In this document: one piece after another, positions 38,314 to 47,210 of the stretch
How the letters are laid out: the number at the start of each line of letters is the position of its first letter
Position numbering within the stretch: position 1 is the stretch's first letter
NCBI GenBank assembly: GCA_937954085.1
Contig: CALGAK010000088.1
Location: forward strand, 2,448 to 66,447
From: an uncultured Bacteroidota bacterium
GTDB taxonomy: Bacteria > Bacteroidota > Bacteroidia > Bacteroidales > M50B96
Length of the DNA: 64,000 nt
Direction of reading: 5' to 3'
Notes under the pieces: model-generated
Told to the model about the DNA's origin: nothing
Seen by the model: only the letters and a program-made list of their open reading frames with translations
Databases searched by the model: none
Made by a program: the position numbers and the translations under genes

Positions 38314-41300
38314 CTAAGGAGATTGGACGTGATGGACTTCTTCCAGATCAACAAACCAGAGGTAAGCAAATACCCTTGGATAGCCAATTTCCTGAAGAAG
38401 TTTCGAGTATTCATTCAATTGATGCTCGTACTTTTTCGGTTTTTGTTTGCCGAATTTAAAGTCGACAACCACGGTTTTGTCTTTGAAAAACATCACTCTA
38501 TCGGGACGATGAAATTCGTTTTCAGGGCTCAAGATGAGTGCTTCGGATTTGACACGGACCTTAGGCGAGAACCATTCTTTGATTGGGTCGGTTTGAAACT
38601 GTTTCTCTAGTTTATTCTGAAGGTTTTCTCCTTCGTAGGGAGTGATTTTCCCCTCGTCGATAGCCCGTTGCAAACTTCTCTTCAAGTCGGCAGGCTGGAT
38701 TACTCGCGCCAAGATTTCGTGATAAATGCTGCCTTTTTCCCGCATACTGGTCGAGTTGTCGTTATCGGTGCGTGGGAACTTATGCTTGAAGTGCAAGGGA
38801 ATGGATCGTGGTGTGCGTTTCATCGGTTTGATATTGGCGGTTGTTTGCTGATCTTTCCCCTTGGTGGGTGCAATGCAAGCACCTATTTCATAAACGGATG
38901 ACACCCCTTCCGTTTCAGTCATTCGGGACTCTGGGAATTGCGTGAATTCATTCGAATTCAGTAAGTGCCAGAGTAAGTGACCTTGATTTTCTACTTTGTC
39001 CTCTTTCGGTTGATGAGCCATGAAAATTAAACTCGATTTTGCGCGAGTAAATGCTACATACAGTAAGTTCAGGTTATCGACATAAGCTTGAAGCTTTTCA
39101 TGCGTGTAAGTATCCTGAAACAGCGTTTGCTCCAGTTTACTCGAATATTCGATGGGGATTAAAGGAATTTCATTGAAAGGCTCATCTTCAAGACGAGTCC
39201 AGAGGATGGTGGTTTGAAACCTATTGTGGTCGATATGCCAATCGCAAAAAGGGATAATCACTGCTTCGAACTCCATTCCTTTTGATTTATGGATGGTTAG
39301 GATTTGGATAGCCTCTTCACTGGCAGGAAATTGGACCTTTATGCGTTTACCTTCATCTTCCCAATATTGAATTAAATCGGGACAGCTCATTTTGACCGGT
39401 ATGGAATTATCCAGCATCCAATCGGTGAAGGTATCTAAGTAGGCCAGGTCTCGGGTTTCGAGTTTCAGTTGGAAGGAATCGATAATTGCATAAACGGCAT
39501 CCGGGGCCGATTTAAATTGAAGCGAAGCGTGGAGCTGTTGAACTTTTTCGGTAGTAAAGTCAGGAATAAACTCATCGGTTTCTATTTTGGATACAAAATC
39601 CTCCGGCTTTAGGTTTTTAGTTCGACAGAGATAATGAATGATAAAAAGCTTAGCGAGTGTGTTTTTGGGGTTGATGTGATATTGGATAACTGCCAGGATA
39701 AAGTTTATTAGTTCGGAACTGTCTAGTTGCAATGCATCTTCCGAAATGATGTCGAAGGGAAAACCTTGCTGTTTGAATTGCTCTTTGATCGAAAGCAATT
39801 GTCGCACTACCTTGCCACTTTCTTTCCCGTTTCTGGTAAGGATGGCTATTTGATTTGGCCGATAGCCTCTCGAGAAGAGGAGGTACAGCTCCTGTGTGAG
39901 TTGTTCGGTCGCTTGTTCGCGGCGTTCATCGATCACTCCTGAGTTTGTACTCTTGAAGAAAATTCCTTTGATGTAACCTTTTTCAGGGAGTTCTCGGGTT
40001 TTTGGGATTGCCTGCTTCACGTCGCCGTAGGCTTTGGTTAAACAGAAGGTGCTTAAATCGACTTCCTTCTCTCGAAGTATATTGTCGAGTGTGCTGGCTG
40101 CTAGTTTAAAAATAGTGTTGTTGAAAAGGACGATATTTTCGAGGCTGCGCCAATTTTCGGGGAGATTATTTACATTAAGGTTGAAAGGCTTAAAGTCGTT
40201 TTCAACTTGGTTGGCAAGGATTTTCCAATCGCCGTTTCGCCAACGATAGATGGATTGTTTGATGTCGCCGACCAGAATTGACGTATTATTTTCGGATAGG
40301 AGGTGATGGATGAGCGGCTTGAAATTATTCCATTGTAGTACGCTGGTGTCCTGGAATTCATCGATCATGATGGTTTGGTAGCGAGCTCCAGTTTTTTCAA
40401 AAATAAATGGGGTGTCGCTTTGGTCGATGATTTTGTTTAACAATCGATTGGAGTCGGAGATGAGGAAAAGCTCTTTGTCCTGGCTTATTTCGGCAATCGC
40501 TTTGCTTACGTCGTTGAGTATTGCTACCACGTAGAATTTCTTCAAGACTTGGTGGGCAGTATTGTAACGAGGACGTTCATTTTCGATCGATTGAACCATC
40601 CGTTGGTATAGTTCGAAAAAACCTGCGTTAAGCAAGCTTTGAATCTTGTTTTTGTGTTCAGCTGAATCGGATTTTTTTGTCCATGCATTTTGATCGGAAT
40701 AAGCAGTTATAATTCGAGTGCCTAGTTCGAAGTTTTTATTGCGGATTTTTTGAAGGATTCCAATGAGTCCTGCGTTTTTGTTCGGAAAGTCCTCGATGGT
40801 CAGATCGTGTTTTTGAAGCATTTCTTCGGCTTGAACCCGCATTTGGTTCAAGTCGTTTTCTATTTTTTTGATTAGCTGCTGCAGTTTAACGATTGTTTTT
40901 TCGGGGTTCATGCCTTGATGGTCGTGATCGAGCAGGCTTTGATACGATTCCTTATAGACTTCTTCGCCAAGCGCGGCGATGGGCTTTTTGATATTCCAGG
41001 ATCTACCTTCGAGAATTTCTTCGCGCGAGAACTGAATGAGCCATTTTTTTAGTTCACTGTTTTCGTGAAGCTTTTCGTAGATCCTCTCGATTGCTTCGCG
41101 TAAGATTCGTTTTTGGTCTAGCTCGATGGTCAGTTTGTTTTGGATTTTTAGTTCCCAGGCAAAGGATCGGATGATTTTTTGGAAGAATTTATCGATGGTA
41201 AAAACCGAGAATGCGGAATAGTCGAAAAGTATCTTTTGAAGGGCTAATTGGGCATTTTCATTCAGTTTCTTCCTCGAGAGCTGCGTTGCTATCAATATTT

Positions 41301-41520
41301 TTTCCCAATGAGGTGATTCGTCATCTTTTGCCAGAGAGTAAAGCTCCTTTAGGATACGAAGTTTCATTTCTTCGGCTGCTTTATTTGTAAAGGTAACAGC
41401 CAGAATGCTTCGATAGGTGTTTGGGTTTTTTAGGAGAATTTTAAGAAATTCCTGAGTGATTTGGTGCGTTTTCCCTGATCCGGCAGATGCTTTGAAAATT
41501 AATAGTCCTTCCATCGTCAA
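38314..41520 (-). CDS. AddA/RecB-like UvrD-family helicase with C-terminal PD-(D/E)XK nuclease
   Basis: 1068 aa with N-terminal Walker A ASAGSGKTHQIT, a DEFQDTS motif, and a C-terminal RecB-nuclease signature (GSIYHEIL, RPDRV, VVDFKFG, QLNEY). Confidence 0.8.
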   Translation of the reverse strand: MTMEGLLIFKASAGSGKTHQITQEFLKILLKNPNTYRSILAVTFTNKAAEEMKLRILKELYSLAKDDESPHWEKILIATQLSRKKLNENAQLALQKILFDYSAFSVFTIDKFFQKIIRSFAWELKIQNKLTIELDQKRILREAIERIYEKLHENSELKKWLIQFSREEILEGRSWNIKKPIAALGEEVYKESYQSLLDHDHQGMNPEKTIVKLQQLIKKIENDLNQMRVQAEEMLQKHDLTIEDFPNKNAGLIGILQKIRNKNFELGTRIITAYSDQNAWTKKSDSAEHKNKIQSLLNAGFFELYQRMVQSIENERPRYNTAHQVLKKFYVVAILNDVSKAIAEISQDKELFLISDSNRLLNKIIDQSDTPFIFEKTGARYQTIMIDEFQDTSVLQWNNFKPLIHHLLSENNTSILVGDIKQSIYRWRNGDWKILANQVENDFKPFNLNVNNLPENWRSLENIVLFNNTIFKLAASTLDNILREKEVDLSTFCLTKAYGDVKQAIPKTRELPEKGYIKGIFFKSTNSGVIDERREQATEQLTQELYLLFSRGYRPNQIAILTRNGKESGKVVRQLLSIKEQFKQQGFPFDIISEDALQLDSSELINFILAVIQYHINPKNTLAKLFIIHYLCRTKNLKPEDFVSKIETDEFIPDFTTEKVQQLHASLQFKSAPDAVYAIIDSFQLKLETRDLAYLDTFTDWMLDNSIPVKMSCPDLIQYWEDEGKRIKVQFPASEEAIQILTIHKSKGMEFEAVIIPFCDWHIDHNRFQTTILWTRLEDEPFNEIPLIPIEYSSKLEQTLFQDTYTHEKLQAYVDNLNLLYVAFTRAKSSLIFMAHQPKEDKVENQGHLLWHLLNSNEFTQFPESRMTETEGVSSVYEIGACIAPTKGKDQQTTANIKPMKRTPRSIPLHFKHKFPRTDNDNSTSMREKGSIYHEILARVIQPADLKRSLQRAIDEGKITPYEGENLQNKLEKQFQTDPIKEWFSPKVRVKSEALILSPENEFHRPDRVMFFKDKTVVVDFKFGKQKPKKYEHQLNEYSKLLQEIGYPRVFAYLWFVDLEEVHHVQSP

Positions 41521-41776
41521 CGTAGGGGTTGAGGTTTAATATACCGATTTGATTAAAATTTATGTAAGGGTGTAGAGGCCACAGATTACATGCTTTAAGG
41601 TTAAGTAATTTTTCTGAATTGGTCTCGATAAATGGATAAGATTTTTATTTTTGTTGGCATTGAATTATTAATCGATGTTTGGTGAATTTACGAGGCTGAA
41701 TACTCCTTTCTGCTTAAGGGGATCCGTTTTTTTTATGCTAGGTTAGTTTCACCAACGATTGAAAATGTAAGATACC

Positions 41777-42181
41777 ATGATGAAAAATTGGATTGTAGTA
41801 GTATTACTTTTGGGTGTTTTCTCAGTTCATGCTCAAAATATGGACGATCGCATGTCGACTTTACCCTCCGGAACTATTCTTATCCTGAAAAATGACTACC
41901 TGATTCAGCCTTTTGAAAGCACTATCAGCATTGAGTCCGACGATCCTAATTTTGGGGTATTTAACATCGTCTTTGATTCGAAGGAAACACGCCGCAGAAT
42001 GCGTGCCGGTACTCAGTTTATTTTCGATCGAGTCGAAGTTCAGCCACGAGGCTTGAAACTGATGATTACCGACAAAATCAATTACATCTACTTTGGCGAT
42101 GTAATTAAGAAAGATGATCTGAAAATTTCGGCTCTTCAAAAAGTTTTCGATATCGAATTTCCTGGAATCGAAGATTTCTAA
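41777..42181 (+). CDS. Small secreted hypothetical protein
   Basis: 134 aa with a clear signal peptide (MMKNWIVVVLLLGVFSVHAQ). I recognise no family. The antisense 112-aa ORF has no features. Confidence 0.6.
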   Translation: MMKNWIVVVLLLGVFSVHAQNMDDRMSTLPSGTILILKNDYLIQPFESTISIESDDPNFGVFNIVFDSKETRRRMRAGTQFIFDRVEVQPRGLKLMITDKINYIYFGDVIKKDDLKISALQKVFDIEFPGIEDF

Positions 42182-42188
42182 CAGTCGC

Positions 42189-45100
42189 TTATCGCACAAT
42201 TACGACTACTCCATTTTTTTGATACTTGTTCCCTGCAAAGTCCTTGTAGGTGAGGAAATAGACATACGCTCCCTCGGGTAGAATGTTTCCCTTATAATGG
42301 CCGTCCCACCTTTGGTTCACATCGCTTGTGAAGAAGATTTGTTCCCCCAAACGATTGTAAATTGAAAGTTCAAAATCCTCGGCTACAATGCCTCTCATAT
42401 AGAATTCCCATTCATCGTTTAATCCATCCTGGTTGGGAGAAATAGCATTGGGGACAATTAATTCGACCTCTGTTTCAATTTGAATATCGTCGAAGGTTGT
42501 TCCACAGATATTTTCCACCAAAACCCAATAGTAACCTGGAGCCTCCACGACAAAGCTTGAGTTGGTGCTTTCGTCCTGCCAAAGATAAATGGCATCCTGC
42601 GTAAAAGCGTTTAGGAATATTTGCTCGCCCGGTTCGAGTATCTGATTGGGACCTAAATCGATATCGGGAGTGTACCCAATTTCAACCCAAGTGGTATCGC
42701 TTGTTTCGCCACAGCTGTTCATGCCTGTTGCCCAGTAAACGCCTGGGCTGTCGATTGATATCGAATTTCCAGTTTCTCCATTAGACCATTCAAGAGTTTG
42801 GATGAATTGAGGGTTCGCATCGAGCTGGATGGTTTGATTTGCACAAACAAGATGTTCGGGAGCAAGATCGAGGTTAGGCGGCATGAGTATCTCGACTTGG
42901 ATTTCATCGTTGGCTGAATAGGTACCATTGCTAACCGTTACGCTATATGCTCCAGCTTCGTTAACAACCAGGTTTTGGCTAGTAGAACCGTTGTTCCAGA
43001 GGTATTCCGCCCCTGGATTTTCAGCAGAAAGCTGAATGCTGGTTCCGAGGCAAATCGCGGTATCGGAGCCCAGATCGACAACCGGATAAGGTCGCTTGAA
43101 ATGAGCGATGATGGTATCGGAGGTGTACAAGCTCACACTGCCGGCTTGTGAATCCATTTGCGGGAAAAGTGCATGATGATTCATTTCCCAGTAGTCGAAC
43201 ACATAATCGGTTTCCGGGATTGCTTCAAGTAGAAGGTTTATATCGCCGTAGTAATCTCCAGTAAAAGGGAATTGGTTGACAAGCAGGGAATTGATTTGAA
43301 TTTGACCGGAGAGTTCCGGTTCTACTTTGAAGAGGATGGGGTAGGGGCCGGTAATGTCGTAGCAGTCGATTAATCCGGCGGCCAACTCAGTGCAACGATC
43401 GTCGATAAAGGTTTTTAGTTGGAGTACTTCTGCCTCCCATAAAGTCATGTTGCCACCCCAGCGTTGGATCTGAGCGGGCATTTCTGGTTCAATTACAGCA
43501 AGCATGCTGTCCAGTACGTGTTGCATGTAATTACAGCTGAGGTGAGAATTTGCGAGGTCGATGAATCGTGAAATATAGTACTGTTGAAAGGTTTCGTTGG
43601 TGAATAATTGGTTCAGGATGGGGATGTGACCTTGTCCTCCCGGGTTGTTTAAAAACTCAGGATCGCAAGGGTCAGCATCGGGGTTGGTGTTTGGAATTCC
43701 GGTGTAATTGATGTAGTGTCCAAAGGAGGCGTCCATGTCCCACAAGGTGTAACGCCAGCGTGTTGCGCCACCTTCGGGGTTAAGCCCGCGCCACCAACCG
43801 GTATTCCAGTTGAGCCAATCCGAACAAACAATGTAGGAGTTGAGGACGACATAGTCGATGAGACTTTTCCAGTCGAATAAACTATCGACATATTGAAAAT
43901 TTGCCGCTTGGCTCATGTCGTTCCCCAGGATAAAGGTTCGTAAATTATTCCAATCGGTTTGTGCTGCAGCTCCGCCGTATTCCGACCAGGTTCCTCCCCA
44001 GGTTTTGAGGTACTGCAAATTGTTTTTGTCTTGTTCGTAATAATGTTCTGTAAAGTCGTGGTCGTCAACTTTTTCTCTCATGTCGTAGAGGCCCCAGTAG
44101 GCGCCATTTAGGTAAACCACGCAAAACTTCGAGGTCCTTTCATCGAGGTTAAGATTGGCCAATTGAGATAAGGTATGGACGTATGCATCTCGAATATGTG
44201 CTCCGTTGGCGAAGGGATAGTTGTCGTTTGCAGCTGCTTTTATGATGAGCCGTTGATAATCTTCTCGTTCCTTGATAGGGAATAGTTGGTCGCGAATTTC
44301 AGCATTGTATCCAAACTGATCACGACAAATAAAATCGACTCCTCTTTGCTGATAAGCCCAACTGTCGTTCCCGTGTTTGTTGTAGTTCCCTACACTTTCA
44401 TCGATCAGGTTTAGATCTTCGTCGAAATACTCAAGGCTTCCGATTCGGACGGTTTGATTTCCTCCGAAGAGGTTTGCTACTCCATTTCCCGAAATGGATA
44501 AAACGGGAAGTTCGTGGCTTACATCGATGAAGTAGGTATTCGTTTCAATGAAGGAAGGAGGAGTACTCGGATTGTTGTGAAAGGCTCGTGCTTTGATTAC
44601 TGTCGTTTGGGAAATGCTTATTGGGCTTGTGTAGAGCGTGGATCCGGCGGTCGGTTCCGACCCATCGGTGGTGTAATGGATTTGTGTGTTCGGGTCAGGA
44701 TTGATAAGGTTTAGGTTGATTGCTCCGGAATAACCTCCGGGTGGCAGTCCAAAAAGGGGCGTTGGAGCATATTCGTTGCTCCCTGTTGCATTGGTATTGC
44801 CGGGACTAGGGTTGATGAAAAGCGTTGAAAAATTTGCTCCATCGGGATATCTCCCTCGTGCGTGGTTCGTTTGCGTAGGGATTAGTTGAACTACATCCAC
44901 AGTTAGACCAAAGGGATCGCTCAAAACGATGTGTTCGTTTCGGGTTTGAGTAAGGTTGAAGTTGGTATGTAGTTCGCCGGGAGTGATTATATCTCTTCCG
45001 GAAGCAAATACGAGTAAAAAGTCTCCCGGATTAAGAATGGTTGAAGCTGGGAATTGCCATTTTGTCGGATTGTTTAATTTATCGCTCAGGAAATAAAAAC

Positions 45101-45290
45101 CGATATCGACCGAAACATTTCCGGCGTTATAGAGCTCGATGTAGTCTTCGTATTCCCCAAAGCTGTCGGTTAGAATGTTCCAGTTTGCTGCCGAGTATTC
45201 ATTAATAACTACTTGCGATAGGCTCGGCTGCGAAAGAGCTAGTGTGATGAATAGCAGGAAAAATCGAAATTTCAATCCAATAAGCTTCAT
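42189..45290 (-). CDS. CotH-kinase-family protein with N-terminal lamin-tail domain, chitobiase-C-like domain, Ig-like repeats and type-B T9SS CTD
   Basis: 1033 aa: signal peptide; LTD (VVINEYSAAN...YIELYNAGN); IHYTTDGSEPT; CotH core (VVYLNGAYWGLYDMREKVDDHDF); C-terminus VPNAISPNQDGLNDEWEF...RWDGHYKGNILPEGAYVYFL (about 42192-42470). Confidence 0.85.
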   Translation of the reverse strand: MKLIGLKFRFFLLFITLALSQPSLSQVVINEYSAANWNILTDSFGEYEDYIELYNAGNVSVDIGFYFLSDKLNNPTKWQFPASTILNPGDFLLVFASGRDIITPGELHTNFNLTQTRNEHIVLSDPFGLTVDVVQLIPTQTNHARGRYPDGANFSTLFINPSPGNTNATGSNEYAPTPLFGLPPGGYSGAINLNLINPDPNTQIHYTTDGSEPTAGSTLYTSPISISQTTVIKARAFHNNPSTPPSFIETNTYFIDVSHELPVLSISGNGVANLFGGNQTVRIGSLEYFDEDLNLIDESVGNYNKHGNDSWAYQQRGVDFICRDQFGYNAEIRDQLFPIKEREDYQRLIIKAAANDNYPFANGAHIRDAYVHTLSQLANLNLDERTSKFCVVYLNGAYWGLYDMREKVDDHDFTEHYYEQDKNNLQYLKTWGGTWSEYGGAAAQTDWNNLRTFILGNDMSQAANFQYVDSLFDWKSLIDYVVLNSYIVCSDWLNWNTGWWRGLNPEGGATRWRYTLWDMDASFGHYINYTGIPNTNPDADPCDPEFLNNPGGQGHIPILNQLFTNETFQQYYISRFIDLANSHLSCNYMQHVLDSMLAVIEPEMPAQIQRWGGNMTLWEAEVLQLKTFIDDRCTELAAGLIDCYDITGPYPILFKVEPELSGQIQINSLLVNQFPFTGDYYGDINLLLEAIPETDYVFDYWEMNHHALFPQMDSQAGSVSLYTSDTIIAHFKRPYPVVDLGSDTAICLGTSIQLSAENPGAEYLWNNGSTSQNLVVNEAGAYSVTVSNGTYSANDEIQVEILMPPNLDLAPEHLVCANQTIQLDANPQFIQTLEWSNGETGNSISIDSPGVYWATGMNSCGETSDTTWVEIGYTPDIDLGPNQILEPGEQIFLNAFTQDAIYLWQDESTNSSFVVEAPGYYWVLVENICGTTFDDIQIETEVELIVPNAISPNQDGLNDEWEFYMRGIVAEDFELSIYNRLGEQIFFTSDVNQRWDGHYKGNILPEGAYVYFLTYKDFAGNKYQKNGVVVIVR

Positions 45291-45318
45291 TTTCTAAATT
45301 AAAACTTAGAAATGTAAG

Positions 45319-45355
45319 CAAAAAATGGATTCCCTTCAACGAAGAAAATCCATTT
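45319..45355 (-). terminator. Rho-independent terminator after the Bax-inhibitor-like gene
   Basis: Stems AATGGATT (45324-45331) and AATCCATT (45347-45354), followed by a T-run on the minus strand. Confidence 0.5.
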
Positions 45356-45423
45356 AGAGGAAGATTTTAGCCAAAAACAGTTTAGCTTCATTCTTCCATG
45401 ATTAACAGTGGCTTTTATCCCTA

Positions 45424-46206
45424 TTAATCTCGGGAGGAAAGTCTGGAAAGTAATTTTAATAACTCGATATAGAGCCAAATTAAGGTTACCATTAGACCGA
45501 ATGCACCGTACCATTCCATGTAACCGGGAGCTCTTGCTGCTACTCCTTTTTCAATGAAGTCGAAGTCGAGAATGAGGTTTAGGGCTGCAATAGCAACAAT
45601 AACGAGGTTGATGCCAATTGCCAACGGACCATTTCCATGAAGCATACTCATGTTTACACCAAACATTCCGATTATCCAGCTCAACAGGTAGAAAAAGAAA
45701 ATACCTCCTGTTGCGGCGGCAATACCCATGGTGAATTTTTGGGTGGGTTGGATAATTTTTGATCGGTAAAGGAAGAGCATTATGAGAAAAACGCCAATGG
45801 TAAGAGCAACGGCCTGGATTACGATTTGACTGTTAACTGCACCGCCTTCAGCAGGAGAACTGCCGACCATGCTGGTGGCAATTAAAGCTGAGATTCCACC
45901 GAGGAATAGCCCTTCCAGAAGAGCATAAACGGGAACTGTAATGGGCGACCATTCTTTTTTGAACATGGTGATGAGTGCGACCACAAGGCCTCCAATTCCA
46001 CCGCCCATGGCCCACATCATGGCATTGCCACTTCCGCTGAGCGTCATTTTCCAGGTGTAGCCTGCTCCTATCAGTACGATGAGTAAGCTGATGATGGTTT
46101 TGTTGATGGTGCCATTCAAGGTCATAACACCATCTTGAGTGCTCGAATAGGCAATTTGATTAAAAGCACTGCTTAAGGCTGGGTTAGAGGATTTTCCAAT
46201 ATTCAT
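45424..46206 (-). CDS. Bax inhibitor-1/YccA-like integral membrane protein
   Basis: Polytopic membrane protein with an N-terminal SSNPALS motif. I prefer the ATG at 46206 (MNIGKSSNPAL) over the track's TTG at 46236. Confidence 0.6.
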   Translation of the reverse strand: MNIGKSSNPALSSAFNQIAYSSTQDGVMTLNGTINKTIISLLIVLIGAGYTWKMTLSGSGNAMMWAMGGGIGGLVVALITMFKKEWSPITVPVYALLEGLFLGGISALIATSMVGSSPAEGGAVNSQIVIQAVALTIGVFLIMLFLYRSKIIQPTQKFTMGIAAATGGIFFFYLLSWIIGMFGVNMSMLHGNGPLAIGINLVIVAIAALNLILDFDFIEKGVAARAPGYMEWYGAFGLMVTLIWLYIELLKLLSRLSSRD

Positions 46207-46289
46207 AGGTTGCGATTTTTTAAAATACTTGGGCAAATTTAGTCAGCAGCTACATTCCTGATAGCTGCTTAAGAATAATTAACAAGGGT

Positions 46290-46961
46290 TCAATACAATT
46301 GAGCGATGGTCTTAATTTCCTCGGCAATCCAGGGTAGGTTTCTCTGGGAAGATTGTCCGGTTTCATTTATAAACTGAACGACCGATTCTTTTGTTTCCGG
46401 GTAATGCAGGTAGAGTTGAGCCAAGGCAAAAGCGATGCTGCGATTAAAATGTGTCTCGTTAAAGGCACTGGTGATTATGCGATGAGATAGCGGCAGCGCA
46501 AATCCATTGGGGATTGCTATTCGGGTAGCTAATTTGGCGGTGAGAATATTCCCCGTCATTCGAGCAAAATAGTTCTCCTGTTCCAATAGCGGCAAGCAAA
46601 GGGTCCAGGCATCTACAAGATCCTGAAGGATGTATTGAACCCATACCTCTGCTTGTTCCTGATGCATGAGCGATTGCGACCATTTCCCGATGCTTGCAGG
46701 AGAAACACTCGTGCTTGGGATTAGGAAAAGTGCTAGGGTTTGTGCTTCGCGTATCTTCTTTGTTTGCAGGTATTGGGCCAATGACTCATCGGCTTCCGAG
46801 GTACGGGCAATGGAAATGATTTGTCGAATGTCTAAGCCAAAATTAATCCATTCTTCTTGTGGGTTTGCATACATTCCTTCGGCAGTTGCTCCACTTTGAA
46901 AGCTTTTTATTTTTTGCCGAATCTCTTGCCATTTGGTTTCCAGTATATTATCTGATTTCAT
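46290..46961 (-). CDS. Hypothetical alpha-helical protein (family not recognised)
   Basis: 223-aa ORF, co-oriented with the downstream membrane protein and 83 nt upstream of its preferred ATG at 46206 (53 nt from the track TTG at 46236). It has no signal peptide and no motif I can assign. Confidence 0.55.
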   Translation of the reverse strand: MKSDNILETKWQEIRQKIKSFQSGATAEGMYANPQEEWINFGLDIRQIISIARTSEADESLAQYLQTKKIREAQTLALFLIPSTSVSPASIGKWSQSLMHQEQAEVWVQYILQDLVDAWTLCLPLLEQENYFARMTGNILTAKLATRIAIPNGFALPLSHRIITSAFNETHFNRSIAFALAQLYLHYPETKESVVQFINETGQSSQRNLPWIAEEIKTIAQLY

Positions 46962-47210
46962 CTGCGGATTCTTAGGAATTCAAAAGAAGTTTAATTTCAG
47001 GATGCAACCAAATGAGTATTTTTTAATCTAAAGAAGGATGAACCAAGGGCAAGAATTACGAGTTAAAAGAGTTTTATTTTTCGATGATATGAATCATCTT
47101 AGAAGCATTGAAAGTATTCCTCCATTTCCGGGAAATTTTTTATTCCTGACGGATGAGTACATCTTGCAAGGTTCTGTAAATTAGGTTATTGTTTTATTAA
47201 AAAGAAAAGC

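Noticed and set aside
38308-38610. 100-aa plus-strand ORF.
   Set aside because: It is antisense to the nuclease domain of the AddA-like gene.
38314-41520. The helicase-nuclease as a stand-alone anti-phage defence gene.
   Set aside because: Its motif set and size match housekeeping AddA/RecB-type enzymes, and there are no accessory defence genes. I keep it only as a low-interest finding until a genome-wide check is done.
41861-42199. 112-aa minus-strand ORF overlapping the 134-aa gene.
   Set aside because: The plus-strand ORF has a convincing signal peptide and start context, whereas the minus-strand translation has none. Only one of the two can realistically be coding.
46207-46236. TTG start at 46236 for the Bax-inhibitor-like gene.
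   Set aside because: An ATG ten codons downstream (46206) yields the N-terminus MNIGKSSNPAL expected for this family. The choice remains uncertain without homologue alignment.
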